From the IMG/VR virus record IMGVR_UViG_3300009184_000003, positions 1-62,278 of that record: a DNA stretch of 62,278 nt. The stretch is one strand, 5' to 3'. Origin of the DNA: a virus (lineage: Duplodnaviria; Caudoviricetes). A program made the translations under genes and the position numbers. The notes under the pieces were generated by a model. The model was not told where the DNA came from. It saw only the letters and a list, made by a program, of their open reading frames with translations, and searched no databases. Positions 1 to 10,445 of this stretch are shown here, piece after piece. How positions within the stretch are numbered: the first letter of the stretch is position 1; every line of letters starts with the position of its first letter.

Positions 1-120
1 CAGGCGTTACGGGTACAGGCGTTACGGGTACAGGCGTTACGGGTACAGGCGTTACGGGTACAGGCGTTACGGGTACAGGCGTTACGGGTACAGGCGTTAC
101 GGGTACAGGCGTTACGGGTA
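1..120 (+). repeat. 15-bp tandem repeat CAGGCGTTACGGGTA x8 (encodes GVTGT)
   Basis: Read directly; same unit x7 at 62174-62278. Confidence 0.98.
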
Positions 121-890
121 CAGCGGATACAACAACCACAACGGACACGACAGGCACGACAGGCACGACAGGCACGACAGGCACGACAGGCACGACAGGT
201 ACAACGGGTACGACCGGCACGACACAACCTGGCGGGTCAGGTGGGTCGGGTGGGTACAATCGAAGCACGGGTCAAAAATTATTACCTGGAAGTATGACCC
301 CCGACTACTTACCGGCTGCACAATTTAGCTACACAAAAATTGGCGACGAGACTCCCATGCTTAACCCTCTTCTGTTCTCTTTAGCTGGAATGGGTCCATC
401 AATCCCTAACCAATCTCCAACAGAGGAAAAGACGTTGAGTGATTTAAACACAGGCTCATCCAGTTTTGACCCAACGACACAGGCACCTATCTTTGATATG
501 TATGCTAAAGGCAATACGGGGCAATATGATCCGCAAGAAGAAAGCCCGTGGTCTGGTTTTGCTGCGGGTGGTTTAGCAACCACACACCCCGCTGGTGACC
601 CTCAGTTTTACTCTCAGGGTGGTCTTGGCAACATGTACGTTCGTGGTGATGGTGATGGCACATCAGACAGCGTGCCTGCCATGTTGGCCAATAACGAATT
701 TGTTATACCCGCTGACGTTGTATCGGCGTTAGGCAACGGTTCCAGTGAAGCTGGCGCCGGTGTATTAGAGAAGTTTATGTACGAGATTCGTAACCACAAA
801 CAAGCACACAACCCTAAGGACTTGCCTCCGCAAAGTAAAGGTCCCTTAGAATATTTATCATCTGCAATGCAGAAAGGTCACAGAACATGA
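1..890 (+). CDS. C-terminal part of the large virion/ejection protein that starts at 59848
   Basis: Frame 3 is open from base 3 through GVTGT and TTG repeats into ORF 294-890; contains GDGDGTSDSVPAMLANNEFVIPA, resembling the motif seen in tape-measure/internal virion proteins. Confidence 0.8.
   Translation, partial: GVTGTGVTGTGVTGTGVTGTGVTGTGVTGTGVTGTGVTGTADTTTTTDTTGTTGTTGTTGTTGTTGTTGTTGTTQPGGSGGSGGYNRSTGQKLLPGSMTPDYLPAAQFSYTKIGDETPMLNPLLFSLAGMGPSIPNQSPTEEKTLSDLNTGSSSFDPTTQAPIFDMYAKGNTGQYDPQEESPWSGFAAGGLATTHPAGDPQFYSQGGLGNMYVRGDGDGTSDSVPAMLANNEFVIPADVVSALGNGSSEAGAGVLEKFMYEIRNHKQAHNPKDLPPQSKGPLEYLSSAMQKGHRT
146..224 (+). repeat. 9-bp tandem repeat CACGACAGG (Thr-Thr-Gly), 6 exact plus degenerate copies
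   Basis: Read directly. Confidence 0.9.
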
Positions 891-1759
891 GCAACGTATT
901 TGACGTCAGCAGAACCACAACCACCGAATTACCCTCGTGGTATTCGGATGCACAAAAAGCTGCGGCCACGGGTGCTAAAACAGCGTTAGATGCTGCGACT
1001 CCTTATGGTAGCACCGTACTCACAGGGGTCACCGATGCTTTTAGTAAGCCTGACAACGCGTATACTCAAGCAACAAACAACCTGCTAGACATACAGAAGG
1101 GCAACGCAACCGCCTATAATGCAGACGGCACGATAAACACCGCGTCTCCACTTGGTCGCTTGTTTAGTGCGCAGAACGCACAGTTAAATCAAATGCTGCC
1201 TGGCATTACAGGCAAAGAGGGTGCGGTTGGTATTGGCGGCGGTAACTTTGGTTCCTTGCGTGGTCAGACGGCAACTCAAACCGCGCGTGGTGGTGCGTTA
1301 ACTACTATGCAAGAACAGCAGGCCAAGGCGATGTTAGACGCACAAACGCAATCAATTAACGCTGGTCTTGGCGTGGGTAACCTGCAACAACAATACGGTA
1401 CTCAGGGACTTAACTTACACAACGCTCAGTTGGCTGGTGGTCTGCCTGCTTACTCTAAGTATGAAGACATTATGGGCGCGATGGCACCTACATTGAACTC
1501 AACAAAAACTGAGACACAAAGCCAAAGTGATTACCAAAACGTACTCAGTTCTATTGGTGCAATTTCAGACATTGGTAAATCAATTGGATTATCAGGGTTA
1601 GATTTGACTAAATTATTGTCTGGAAAAACAGGATATAGCTGGTACGATGACATGTTTAAATCAAATCCGTCTACCGGATCCATAACTTACTCGCCACCTA
1701 CAAATGCTCCTATAAATCCAGCCCCTGATTCGGACACCGGCTCTACAATCACTATTTAA
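887..1759 (+). CDS. Putative internal virion / DNA ejection (pilot-like) protein
   Basis: 290 aa, rich in Gly/Ala/Gln/Thr, TTTTELPSW N-terminus, located at the end of the structural operon. Confidence 0.55.
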   Translation: MSNVFDVSRTTTTELPSWYSDAQKAAATGAKTALDAATPYGSTVLTGVTDAFSKPDNAYTQATNNLLDIQKGNATAYNADGTINTASPLGRLFSAQNAQLNQMLPGITGKEGAVGIGGGNFGSLRGQTATQTARGGALTTMQEQQAKAMLDAQTQSINAGLGVGNLQQQYGTQGLNLHNAQLAGGLPAYSKYEDIMGAMAPTLNSTKTETQSQSDYQNVLSSIGAISDIGKSIGLSGLDLTKLLSGKTGYSWYDDMFKSNPSTGSITYSPPTNAPINPAPDSDTGSTITI

Positions 1760-1770
1760 TGGAAATGTAA

Positions 1771-3678
1771 ATGGATAAGGATACTCAAATAGTAGGTGGA
1801 CTCCCCGCCGGCACAGAAGAACCGTTACCTGGATCCAATAAAAAAGGCATAACGATTGCAGGCACGAAAGGCGTTTCTTTAGAACCAGAAAATAGTATGG
1901 AGGTTCGCAATCGTCTACTTGAATTGATTAGACAACGTGAGGCGGAGCGTTCAGGTTTCGGTGCGTTACTTGAGCGTTTGTCTATCTATAGTCCGAGCCC
2001 CAACACGTCGTTTCAGGAGCGTGTGGCCGGCTATGCTGATAAGCAACGTCAACGCGATCAAGACATATTCAACATGCAGTTGGGTGTATCGCAGTTGGAC
2101 ACTGAGACGGCGCGTCAGGCTCAAGAACGCGCTAAAATAGCTCAACGTAGGCAGGAGTTTGCACAGTCTATCGGTTTAGGCGGTCAAGGCGGTCAGGGCG
2201 GTCAGGGCGGTCAGGGCGGTCAGGGCGATGGTGGTGTCTCTCCGGCAAAGATGCAGCAAACATTTAACGCTCTCTCGCCTCAGCAGCAGCAGATATTGCG
2301 TAACATGCATGAGCAAAATCCTTTAGAAGCAGAAAAACAGTTAATCGCTTTAACTAAACGAACTGACCTGCAAAGAAACCTCGACTCCGCTGGACTTATA
2401 GAAGGTACAGACCCCTACAAAAACGCAATGTTAGCTCACTTGGCTTCTAACGCCGGTGACTATGTTGAGGTGCCTGATCCTGATAAACCAGGGTTTAACA
2501 AAACGGTGCCGAAAATAGAAGCTATTGGTAGCAACCTTGGCCTTTCACCGCAACAAACTTCAGTGGGTCCTTTGTCTTCTGTTGAATCAAAACCTCCTCA
2601 ATCTTCAGTATATGATAATTTAATATCCCGTGGTCCATTGCCTTCAGCAAAGGAATCGGCATCTGCAGCAGCACGCACAACAACGGCACCGGCACCGGCA
2701 CCTGCAGCAGCACGCACAACAACGGCACCGGCACCTGCAGCAGCACGCACAACAACGGCACCTGCAGCGGCACCTGTTAAAACCACAGTAGGTGGCGTAA
2801 CACTTACTAGCCCAAGGGCACTAGCCGAGCTAAATACAAAAAATCCATATCCTACATCCGATAAGAGATGGAGCGCATTTGAAGGTGATAGAGCAAAGGC
2901 AGCCCTTGATCTTGAGAAAGCGAGTAGAGAGGTACCTATTAAACTTGCAGAAGAGCAAGGCAGGGCTAGTATTGACGTCAATAAGCAAGCTCAGTTGGTG
3001 CCGATTGAAGGACAAAAGACAGAGTCTCAAGAGATGGGTAAAACAGACGCAGCCCAGCAGACTGCTCTTTCTGATTCAGTAGGACGAAATAGAGAAAATG
3101 TAATTTACTCTCATCGCATAAAGAGCACCATAGACAGCATACCTAAAGAAATGCAGAATGACCTCTTCGGTACATTAAATCAAGGTACGGTTAAATCGGC
3201 GGTGCTTAATTTTATTAGTAAAGGTATTAACACACCTTTTGGTTCATTGTCTGCACCAGCGTTTACTGATGTTGCAATTCAGACGACTCCAGCCGTTGTA
3301 AGAAATCAAAGAGCTGACGGATCAAACCCATTACTAGAAAAAAGGCAATTAGTATTATCAGACCTTGGAAGACTTACACTTGCGTTTACTGCGGTTGCCA
3401 ATAAAGGCCAAGGTGCAATTTCTGATAAAGAACGTGTCATGTATGCGGAGGCGATTGCTGATCCTAATCGTTCAACGGCAGGTATCATTAAACTTATGGC
3501 GCTCTCTGTTGAACTTGCTACGTCTCATGCTGAACAAACACAAGGTGCGTGGGAAAATGCAAAGAACGCAGGCCTGAGCTGGCGTGAATTTAAGGGAAGT
3601 ACGGAATATAAGAGAATGGTTGCTGACCAAATTAAAGAGTCTCAAGCGGCGCTCATTCCATATCGTAGAGCGAGATAA
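1771..3678 (+). CDS. Putative internal virion (ejection) protein
   Basis: 635 aa helical protein with GGQ and PAAARTTTA repeats and a GAISDKE motif near the C-terminus; gene position. Confidence 0.55.
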   Translation: MDKDTQIVGGLPAGTEEPLPGSNKKGITIAGTKGVSLEPENSMEVRNRLLELIRQREAERSGFGALLERLSIYSPSPNTSFQERVAGYADKQRQRDQDIFNMQLGVSQLDTETARQAQERAKIAQRRQEFAQSIGLGGQGGQGGQGGQGGQGDGGVSPAKMQQTFNALSPQQQQILRNMHEQNPLEAEKQLIALTKRTDLQRNLDSAGLIEGTDPYKNAMLAHLASNAGDYVEVPDPDKPGFNKTVPKIEAIGSNLGLSPQQTSVGPLSSVESKPPQSSVYDNLISRGPLPSAKESASAAARTTTAPAPAPAAARTTTAPAPAAARTTTAPAAAPVKTTVGGVTLTSPRALAELNTKNPYPTSDKRWSAFEGDRAKAALDLEKASREVPIKLAEEQGRASIDVNKQAQLVPIEGQKTESQEMGKTDAAQQTALSDSVGRNRENVIYSHRIKSTIDSIPKEMQNDLFGTLNQGTVKSAVLNFISKGINTPFGSLSAPAFTDVAIQTTPAVVRNQRADGSNPLLEKRQLVLSDLGRLTLAFTAVANKGQGAISDKERVMYAEAIADPNRSTAGIIKLMALSVELATSHAEQTQGAWENAKNAGLSWREFKGSTEYKRMVADQIKESQAALIPYRRAR

Positions 3679-3708
3679 ACTAAAAGAATGAAAGGGTAAC
3701 CTACTAAT

Positions 3709-6117
3709 ATGGGCGCCGAAAATACAAAAACTTTTGAAGTACCTCAGTCTGCTCCAATACAAGAACTTGACATAGAGGATAACCAAACGGAGTCTGCTCC
3801 TTATACCGGACCACGTTTGCGTGACTCCCGTGACATGGCCGCGTTTGGTGTTGGTACTGCTGCGGGTTTTCTTGCTGATTCTATGCAAAGACACGAAATA
3901 CAAAAAAGAATAAATGATGAAAACAAAACCCAAGCAGACGCTGCGTACATGGCGCAGATGCGTATGGAATTGCAGAGGATGCAAGACGCTGAATATCGAC
4001 GGCAGATTGATGCGCGTAATGAATTAATACGTCAACAACAAGCGCAATATCAACAAGAATTAGAAGCACACGCGCAAGCGGTAGCTGAGGCTAAAGCTAA
4101 TGAGCCTAAGCTATACGGCACAGGCACACAAAATTGGACAGACCAAGAGTACGCCGAGAAAATTGCTCGTCAAATCGATGACCCGCTCAGTAAGGGTATC
4201 GCTTCAAAAGAGGCAGAAAAAAGAATAGCCATGCAGTTAAAGGCGGAAGAGTTGTTCCCAAGTCAAGTGTTAGCAGGTAAAGGTTCGTTATTGACTATAC
4301 CGCTTATCCCTGGCGGTCAAACAGAAGTGCCAATGAGTATGCGTAAGGAAAAACCTGAACCGGCGCCGCTACCACCACCACCAAGTAAACCAGTGCCGCC
4401 ACCAATACCGCAACGAACTCCTATTCCTGAGCCACAACCGCGTGCGCAAGCACCTGAGCTTCCAAGTAAAATGCACTCAGCTGGAAGCGGTTTGATGGGT
4501 GGTTTGGCTGGTGCGGATTTGTTTGACGCATATCAAAATTTTAGACAAGGAAATATAAGAGAGGGTCTTACAAGTGCAGGCACAGGGCTCTCAGCTGCCG
4601 CCGCTTCGTACCTTAAAAATCCTAAACTTAGAGCACTCTTGGCGGCGCCCTCTATTTTGTCAAAAGGTTCTGGTTTGCTGGACTACTTTAGTGCTGGCCA
4701 ACCAGAACAGAAAAAAGCTGAAGGCGGGATGATCCACATGGCGGGTGGTGGTCTTGCACCACACGGTATGCGTCACAGTGGCGAGGGTGCAAAGGGTAAG
4801 GGCTACTTTGGCATGATGCCAAGCCAAGATATCGGCGAGGGTCCAGTGGACTACTCACTGGCAGCACAGCCACGTTCATCCGAGCTATCATTGGAGTCTG
4901 ATGGTATGGGCGAGTACCCCTCGTTAGTGCCAGGGTTGACTAAAGAAGAGATGGATTACATGCTGGCCGGTAACGAGCCAACTGAAAGCATTTTACAAAA
5001 AGCCAAAATGCACGCGATGATGCGTAAAAAAAAAGGCTTGAGCCCCTTCGCACAACCTGATGAGTTGCGTTATCCAGTGCCCAACTACGCAGCCGGAGGG
5101 CTATCTGTAGCTCAGAACGTAGCAAAGGCAGCAGCACCTAGAGCAAAAGCGGCGTACAAATATGGGTCTCAACAAGCAGGTAAATTATCTGACTGGGCTC
5201 AAAATTTTATGGATCAATACCTTGTCCCCACTCAAGCAGATCGTATGGGTGGTGTAGGCGGTCCTAGCTTTAGTGCTAATCAACTAGGCTTACCACAATA
5301 TGCTGATGTTGCTTGGGGTTCTGGTAAACAAGGAATTGCAACTGGTATCGCTAATTTAGCAAAAGATCCGCGTTTTGGGGGAACACAAGGGCAGATTTTT
5401 ACACCATTACTGGGTGAAGAAAGCCAACTCCGGTCAAATCAACTTGTATATGATAAGTTGATGAAGGAGTTTTATAAAAACCAAGGTAAGATGACGCCAG
5501 AGTTAATGGCTAAAATTAATTTATTTATGCAAGCCGGAGGCCCTAAAGCCAGCGGTGAATTGCGTTTTGCACCAATTGAAAAGTTTGACCTTTCTGATCA
5601 AGATATGATGAAAGAGTTGGGTAAAACATTTAAGTCACGTAGAGATATTGTTACACATGCATTGGGTGGTGAAGGCCTTGGAGGCAAGAAATCACAAATT
5701 ATCCCTTATGACGATATATTAAAATCAATGCAAGACCCATTTACTGTGGGTGCTCCTACATACGCATTAGGCCCTCGTGCATTTAGATTGAGTGGTAAAG
5801 TGGGACAAGAACCACGCCCTGATTTAAACAAAGCGTATCCATATATTCTACACGGCCAAGATATGAACGTGACATTCACACCAACACCAGCTGAGTTGGC
5901 GTTGATGGACTTTCAAAACCAATGGCGTAAACAAACAGGTAATACCATGCCATTAAAAAGTGGCGCATTACCACAAGCCCAGTATTATGAACTCACCGCA
6001 GGCTATAAACCGGAAGGTTCATCAGAGCGGGTATACCCAAGACAGAAAATAACTGAGGAATGGATTAAAGAGCTGCAACGTAGTGGTTTTGCGCAAGGTG
6101 GCCTGGCATCACTCTAA
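3709..6117 (+). CDS. Multi-module internal virion protein
   Basis: 802 aa; coiled coil, Pro-rich linker and modules separated by AEGG/MAGGG/YAAGG/FAQGG motifs. Confidence 0.6.
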   Translation: MGAENTKTFEVPQSAPIQELDIEDNQTESAPYTGPRLRDSRDMAAFGVGTAAGFLADSMQRHEIQKRINDENKTQADAAYMAQMRMELQRMQDAEYRRQIDARNELIRQQQAQYQQELEAHAQAVAEAKANEPKLYGTGTQNWTDQEYAEKIARQIDDPLSKGIASKEAEKRIAMQLKAEELFPSQVLAGKGSLLTIPLIPGGQTEVPMSMRKEKPEPAPLPPPPSKPVPPPIPQRTPIPEPQPRAQAPELPSKMHSAGSGLMGGLAGADLFDAYQNFRQGNIREGLTSAGTGLSAAAASYLKNPKLRALLAAPSILSKGSGLLDYFSAGQPEQKKAEGGMIHMAGGGLAPHGMRHSGEGAKGKGYFGMMPSQDIGEGPVDYSLAAQPRSSELSLESDGMGEYPSLVPGLTKEEMDYMLAGNEPTESILQKAKMHAMMRKKKGLSPFAQPDELRYPVPNYAAGGLSVAQNVAKAAAPRAKAAYKYGSQQAGKLSDWAQNFMDQYLVPTQADRMGGVGGPSFSANQLGLPQYADVAWGSGKQGIATGIANLAKDPRFGGTQGQIFTPLLGEESQLRSNQLVYDKLMKEFYKNQGKMTPELMAKINLFMQAGGPKASGELRFAPIEKFDLSDQDMMKELGKTFKSRRDIVTHALGGEGLGGKKSQIIPYDDILKSMQDPFTVGAPTYALGPRAFRLSGKVGQEPRPDLNKAYPYILHGQDMNVTFTPTPAELALMDFQNQWRKQTGNTMPLKSGALPQAQYYELTAGYKPEGSSERVYPRQKITEEWIKELQRSGFAQGGLASL

Positions 6118-6123
6118 TTTAGT

Positions 6124-6168
6124 GCGGGGAGGAAACGGACACAGAAGCCGCCTCCCCCACGCTTTTTT
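6124..6168 (+). terminator. Probable intrinsic terminator between convergent late and replication blocks
   Basis: GGGAGG..CGG/CCG..CCTCCC stem followed by a T6 run. Confidence 0.55.
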
Positions 6169-8113
6169 ATTTGCGGTACCTTGTATCAATCCATGACTCA
6201 GCGGCAAGCGGAAAGTCAGGGGCCCAGTCAGGTGGTGTGGTTAAGAACTGCATCAAGAGGCTCTCAACCTCCTTGGCAAGCTCAACTCTGCTTAACGCCA
6301 GAATCTCATCATGCACAAGATTAATTATCGACACACCCTGACCCTCAAGCCTCAACGCGGGTTCGGCAAGAAAGTCCCTCGCGGTTCCTTGGACGGCACT
6401 CTGGAAAATGCTCGACCCAATCAGTTTGTTCCGCCCCCATTTACGGGTGAACGTGTTCTGACTGACGACGTAAACGACATCGGCGAGCTTACCCCATGGG
6501 GTGTACTCCTGCACGACCTCAGGACGCTGCCAACAGATTAGACGACCGCTAGGTAGCTGCATCCACAGCGCGTCGTTCGTCACCTTCAGCATGACCTTAC
6601 CCGCACGAAACGACTGGCCTGGGCTTCCAATTGCATCGATTGCAGCCTGACCCATCTGGTACCAACAATTCTTCACCTTGGCGTACGACATACGGTACGC
6701 GTTAACGGCCTCCTCGGCCTGCGCCGGTGACAAGACAACCCCCATACCATCGGCGTAGTCAACCAGGCCCTTGGCGCCTTGGCCAAACATGCAGCCCAGT
6801 ACGGCGGACTTGCTGACCTGACGCATGTCCTTGGTCACCTCCTCGTATGGAATCTTGTAGAGGCTGGTTGCTGCGAAGGTCTTGTACTCATCGAGCCCCT
6901 TCCTAAACAGCTCAACCTTGTCGTTCTGACCCGCTATCCACGACGCCACACGGTTCTCAATCGAGGACAGGTCGGCGTCCACAAAGGTAAACCCCTCGGG
7001 TGCCTTGATCGCGTTACGTACCACGGAAGAACATACGTCCATCGTCCTGTTACCGAAACGCTCTTTTAGCGACACGTAGTCGCCCTGAACCAGTCCTAGC
7101 TCAACGGTGTCGGCTATGTCTTCGTCCTTCATCCAGATAGCAGGGCGCGCGATGTTCTGCAGGTTGATCCCTCGACTGGCCCATCGCCCTGTAGAGGCTC
7201 CATGGTACACCAGACCGTTTCTAATGCGTCCCCCTACCTGTACCTCGGCCATCTTCGTAAACTTCGTCACGGACGTTTTAGCGCCTTCTGAACGCAGTTT
7301 CAGCACGGTGTCGATGTCCTTGTTGGCGTGCGTCTTCTTTGCCTCCTTCTCAATGGTCTCTGCCTGCATATTAGGCAGATCTAGCCCGTTGGCTTGGAAC
7401 CACTTTAGCAGCTGGTCGCGCTTGGTGACCTCGATGCCGCCGGTGATCTGCTTGATGTGCTCGTTGATGTGGTTTAGCTCCAAGTCAACGATACGGCAAA
7501 TGTTATCAAGCTCACGGGGATCCACTGGCACACCCCTCTGGTTGATCACCTGAGTCAATACCCATACCGCTTGCTCATGCTGAGTTAATTTACGCAGTCC
7601 CTGCACAATGGATATCTCTGTCTGCACGTCACGCTTGCAGTAGTCAAACATCTCAGCCAATAGCTCTGGGTCCTCGTTAAAGGTGCCGTCACGCTTGGGC
7701 TTAGAGAGTAACTGGATTAGCTTCTTGCCGCGCTTGTCTTTCTGGAACTCTGATCCAGTGACTTCGCCTGCCGTATCCAGGTCTTGGGGCAGGTTGTTGG
7801 CCGCGGCTATGGCCATCGAGTCAACCAACTGGGGCAGCCTCAACTGGGGCCAACCAAGGCAGCTGCCTACGTGATTCCATATGTGATACTCAAACGCCGC
7901 ATTCCATGCGGAGATTACGCCTTTATTCGCCGCATGATCTAATACCCAATTTGGGACGTTTTTGGGCGCCCAGACTCCGACATGCCCAGAATCGAAGCCT
8001 GCTGCGATACAAATTATTTCTGTGGAGTGGTCTCGTGCGTAAACATCAAGGCCGCGATCTTTCAGATCAATACGGCTACGTGTTTCAAAGTCGATGGAAA
8101 GTATTGTAGACAT
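6167..8113 (-). CDS. polA: Family A DNA polymerase with 3'-5' exonuclease domain
   Basis: IDFET ExoI, motif A DLSSIENR, motif B RQVSKSAVLGCMFG, motif C VHDE, ASTGRW. Confidence 0.95.
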   Translation of the reverse strand: MSTILSIDFETRSRIDLKDRGLDVYARDHSTEIICIAAGFDSGHVGVWAPKNVPNWVLDHAANKGVISAWNAAFEYHIWNHVGSCLGWPQLRLPQLVDSMAIAAANNLPQDLDTAGEVTGSEFQKDKRGKKLIQLLSKPKRDGTFNEDPELLAEMFDYCKRDVQTEISIVQGLRKLTQHEQAVWVLTQVINQRGVPVDPRELDNICRIVDLELNHINEHIKQITGGIEVTKRDQLLKWFQANGLDLPNMQAETIEKEAKKTHANKDIDTVLKLRSEGAKTSVTKFTKMAEVQVGGRIRNGLVYHGASTGRWASRGINLQNIARPAIWMKDEDIADTVELGLVQGDYVSLKERFGNRTMDVCSSVVRNAIKAPEGFTFVDADLSSIENRVASWIAGQNDKVELFRKGLDEYKTFAATSLYKIPYEEVTKDMRQVSKSAVLGCMFGQGAKGLVDYADGMGVVLSPAQAEEAVNAYRMSYAKVKNCWYQMGQAAIDAIGSPGQSFRAGKVMLKVTNDALWMQLPSGRLICWQRPEVVQEYTPWGKLADVVYVVSQNTFTRKWGRNKLIGSSIFQSAVQGTARDFLAEPALRLEGQGVSIINLVHDEILALSRVELAKEVESLLMQFLTTPPDWAPDFPLAAESWIDTRYRK

Positions 8114-8147
8114 GAATCGCTCCTAAGGCGGACAGACGTATCTGTGA

Positions 8148-8180
8148 GAAAAAAAAGGCAGGGAGGCGAACCCCCCTGCT
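8148..8180 (-). terminator. Intrinsic terminator upstream of polA
   Basis: GCAGGGGGG-TTCG-CCTCCCTGC hairpin followed by a T run on the minus strand. Confidence 0.75.
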
Positions 8181-8188
8181 AAATGACC

Positions 8189-8404
8189 CTACTGGGTCAC
8201 ACCATGAAAAACTGTAAACTCAATCTCGCGATCAAGGTACCACCTTGCCTTCCTTAGATCCTCAAGTCGCTTGCCCTTGTGATCTGCTCGTGCAATGTAT
8301 TTTACTACATTACCCAAACGATAGTTCAACTGCTTTGCTTCTATAAAGTCGATGGTCTCAATACCACCGGCTGTATAGTGGTCGGGGTGGTTAATTATAT
8401 CCAT
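8189..8404 (-). CDS. DUF3310 / SaV-like (T7 gp1.7-like nucleotide kinase family) protein
   Basis: INHPDHY..GGIETIDFI, GNVVKYIAR..HKG...EDLRKARWY motifs. Confidence 0.85.
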   Translation of the reverse strand: MDIINHPDHYTAGGIETIDFIEAKQLNYRLGNVVKYIARADHKGKRLEDLRKARWYLDREIEFTVFHGVTQ

Positions 8405-8547
8405 AACGAATACCCCGCCAACGCATAATGAATCAATCGAAGCAACAACCCTAGCATGACAATACTAAAACCAATGTAGACCAGTATTGCCCAACCACCT
8501 ACTAATAAATAACCCAAAAACTTACCAGTTTTTTTAAGGTATTCCAT
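8395..8547 (-). CDS. Small membrane protein (50 aa)
   Basis: Manual translation MEYLKKTGKFLGYLLVGGWAILVYIGFSIVMLGLLLRLIHYALAGYSLWI; AGGAG RBS. Confidence 0.6.
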   Translation of the reverse strand: MEYLKKTGKFLGYLLVGGWAILVYIGFSIVMLGLLLRLIHYALAGYSLWI

Positions 8548-8556
8548 AAAACTCCT

Positions 8557-10425
8557 TTAGATATCGCAAATACCCGCTACACACGCCAACAACTGCGCGC
8601 CCTCTACGTTGTCTGTTGTCTCTTTAAACTCCTCCCACTGAATGGTAGGCATCTTAGCCAACAGCGTTTCATACTCTTCCTTGGTGCAGGTCTCGTATGG
8701 TGCTTGACGATACGTACCACCATCATACGGCAAGAACGACACACCAGACATCTCATCAAAGTGCTTCCATACGAACGCACCCACCTCTGGCCACTCGCTC
8801 TCTGACACCGATATGGTAACAGACGGCTTGTGTTCGCACCAGTGGCGCTGATACTGCAACCACAACTCTAAGTGCTCAATCGCGTTCACCTCGTCGCGCG
8901 TGATAGCACCTGCTGGTGCCGCTTGTGGGAAGCTGAACACCGTCGTGGTGTTGGGCTTCATGACGCACGGCTCTGCAGGTATACCCTGGCTGATCAAGAA
9001 CTGTGTCAGTGGATCCTTGTTGTCACCACGCACACGTCGAATGTAATAAGGCGCATGACGTGGGTGGATACCACTCGCGGTGTCTGTCAACTGGCTGACG
9101 GTGCCACTTGGCTTGACTGCGGTGATGGCCGTCGAGTAGGGGATGCCTAATTTTTCAGCAAACTCTTTATTCGTCTCATCAGCCACCACACGCAAGATCG
9201 ACAACCACTGTTCAGCGTGAGTCACACTACCCATGGTCTCGTTGTCATAGATACCAGTCAACGACACACCCAATAAACGCTCTTCCTCAGTGTTTCGCTG
9301 CCAGATCTTGCGCAGGTATGGGAAGTGCGTGAACGTCGCTTGTAGGGTGCCTAAAATGGATGCAAGGTGCACCTTACGCTTTAGGGTCTCCAGTGTGTCG
9401 TCAGCACGCACCATGACCTCGGTCAGGTTACAGAACTGGTACGGGCGCAGGATGATCTCTGAGCATGGGTTAGTGCCGAACTCATGATCTGCATCACGCT
9501 TGCCATACTTGGCCACGACCTTCTGTGCAGCCTCACGGTTGAAGATACCACGCTCGCCTGAGTGGCTGTTGTATAGTGACGTCCACTCCTCCATGAAGGT
9601 GCCGACCGTTGGCTTGGTCTCGTACACCGCGCTGTTGTTTGCCAGTGCACGGTGGCCGCTAGTTTCCCACCAGTTGCCTGACTTAGCGTGACGGATGCGC
9701 TCGTCGTTCAAGTCGGACAGACTGATCATGGCCGAACGACGCACGCCACCCACAACCACCACCTCACCGATCTTGCACATCAGATCATGACACTCCAAGG
9801 TGTTCAGCTTACGACCACGCGCACCTTGGAACGTGCGAATGGTGAAGTGGAACAGGTCTTCCAATGGCTCAGGACCAGACGCACGACCACCGAACGTCTT
9901 CAGTGGTGTGCCTGCAGGGCGCACCTTGCTCACGTCCCACTTCGGGATCTCACCGGCGTACAGGTTGGCTAATAGCAGGCGGTAGGACTTAGCCCAACCC
10001 TCTTTGCTGTCATGCACCGAGATAATGTGCTCAGAGTTAAACAGCTTCTCAGGCACCTCTGGCAGCTTGTTCGTGTACTTGGACTCAACAGAGAAGCCAA
10101 CACCAGTGCCGCACAATAAAATAAACATCGCCTCATCAAATGACTTGACGTCATCAACTGGCAGATACGAACAGTTGTAGATGCATGTGTTGTCGCGATC
10201 TGCTGCCTTGCCTGCGGTCATCATCGCGCGCATTGAGGGCATGATCTCTTGTTTTAAAATGGCTTGATTGATATCCGCCTTCAGTGCCGGATCATTCAAT
10301 TCTGTTTTGCTGAAAATATAATCAACATATCGACGGACTGTTTCGTCCCAGTCTTCTCTGCGATTTTGTGCAGGAAGGAATTTTGCATAGCGGCTTTTGT
10401 GTATGTATGATTGGTATTGGTTCAT
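8557..10425 (-). CDS. nrdJ: Class II (adenosylcobalamin-dependent) ribonucleotide reductase
   Basis: YNCS, GTGVGFS, GGVRRSA, TNPCSEI, VKPSGT, C-terminal CVAGIC; no beta-subunit gene. Confidence 0.92.
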   Translation of the reverse strand: MNQYQSYIHKSRYAKFLPAQNRREDWDETVRRYVDYIFSKTELNDPALKADINQAILKQEIMPSMRAMMTAGKAADRDNTCIYNCSYLPVDDVKSFDEAMFILLCGTGVGFSVESKYTNKLPEVPEKLFNSEHIISVHDSKEGWAKSYRLLLANLYAGEIPKWDVSKVRPAGTPLKTFGGRASGPEPLEDLFHFTIRTFQGARGRKLNTLECHDLMCKIGEVVVVGGVRRSAMISLSDLNDERIRHAKSGNWWETSGHRALANNSAVYETKPTVGTFMEEWTSLYNSHSGERGIFNREAAQKVVAKYGKRDADHEFGTNPCSEIILRPYQFCNLTEVMVRADDTLETLKRKVHLASILGTLQATFTHFPYLRKIWQRNTEEERLLGVSLTGIYDNETMGSVTHAEQWLSILRVVADETNKEFAEKLGIPYSTAITAVKPSGTVSQLTDTASGIHPRHAPYYIRRVRGDNKDPLTQFLISQGIPAEPCVMKPNTTTVFSFPQAAPAGAITRDEVNAIEHLELWLQYQRHWCEHKPSVTISVSESEWPEVGAFVWKHFDEMSGVSFLPYDGGTYRQAPYETCTKEEYETLLAKMPTIQWEEFKETTDNVEGAQLLACVAGICDI

Positions 10426-10445
10426 TTTTATAAATTTTAGGGGTT

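Noticed and set aside
1-120. Terminal repeats as biological direct terminal repeats, telomeres or CRISPR
   Set aside because: A spacer-less in-frame coding tandem repeat; better explained as an assembly break
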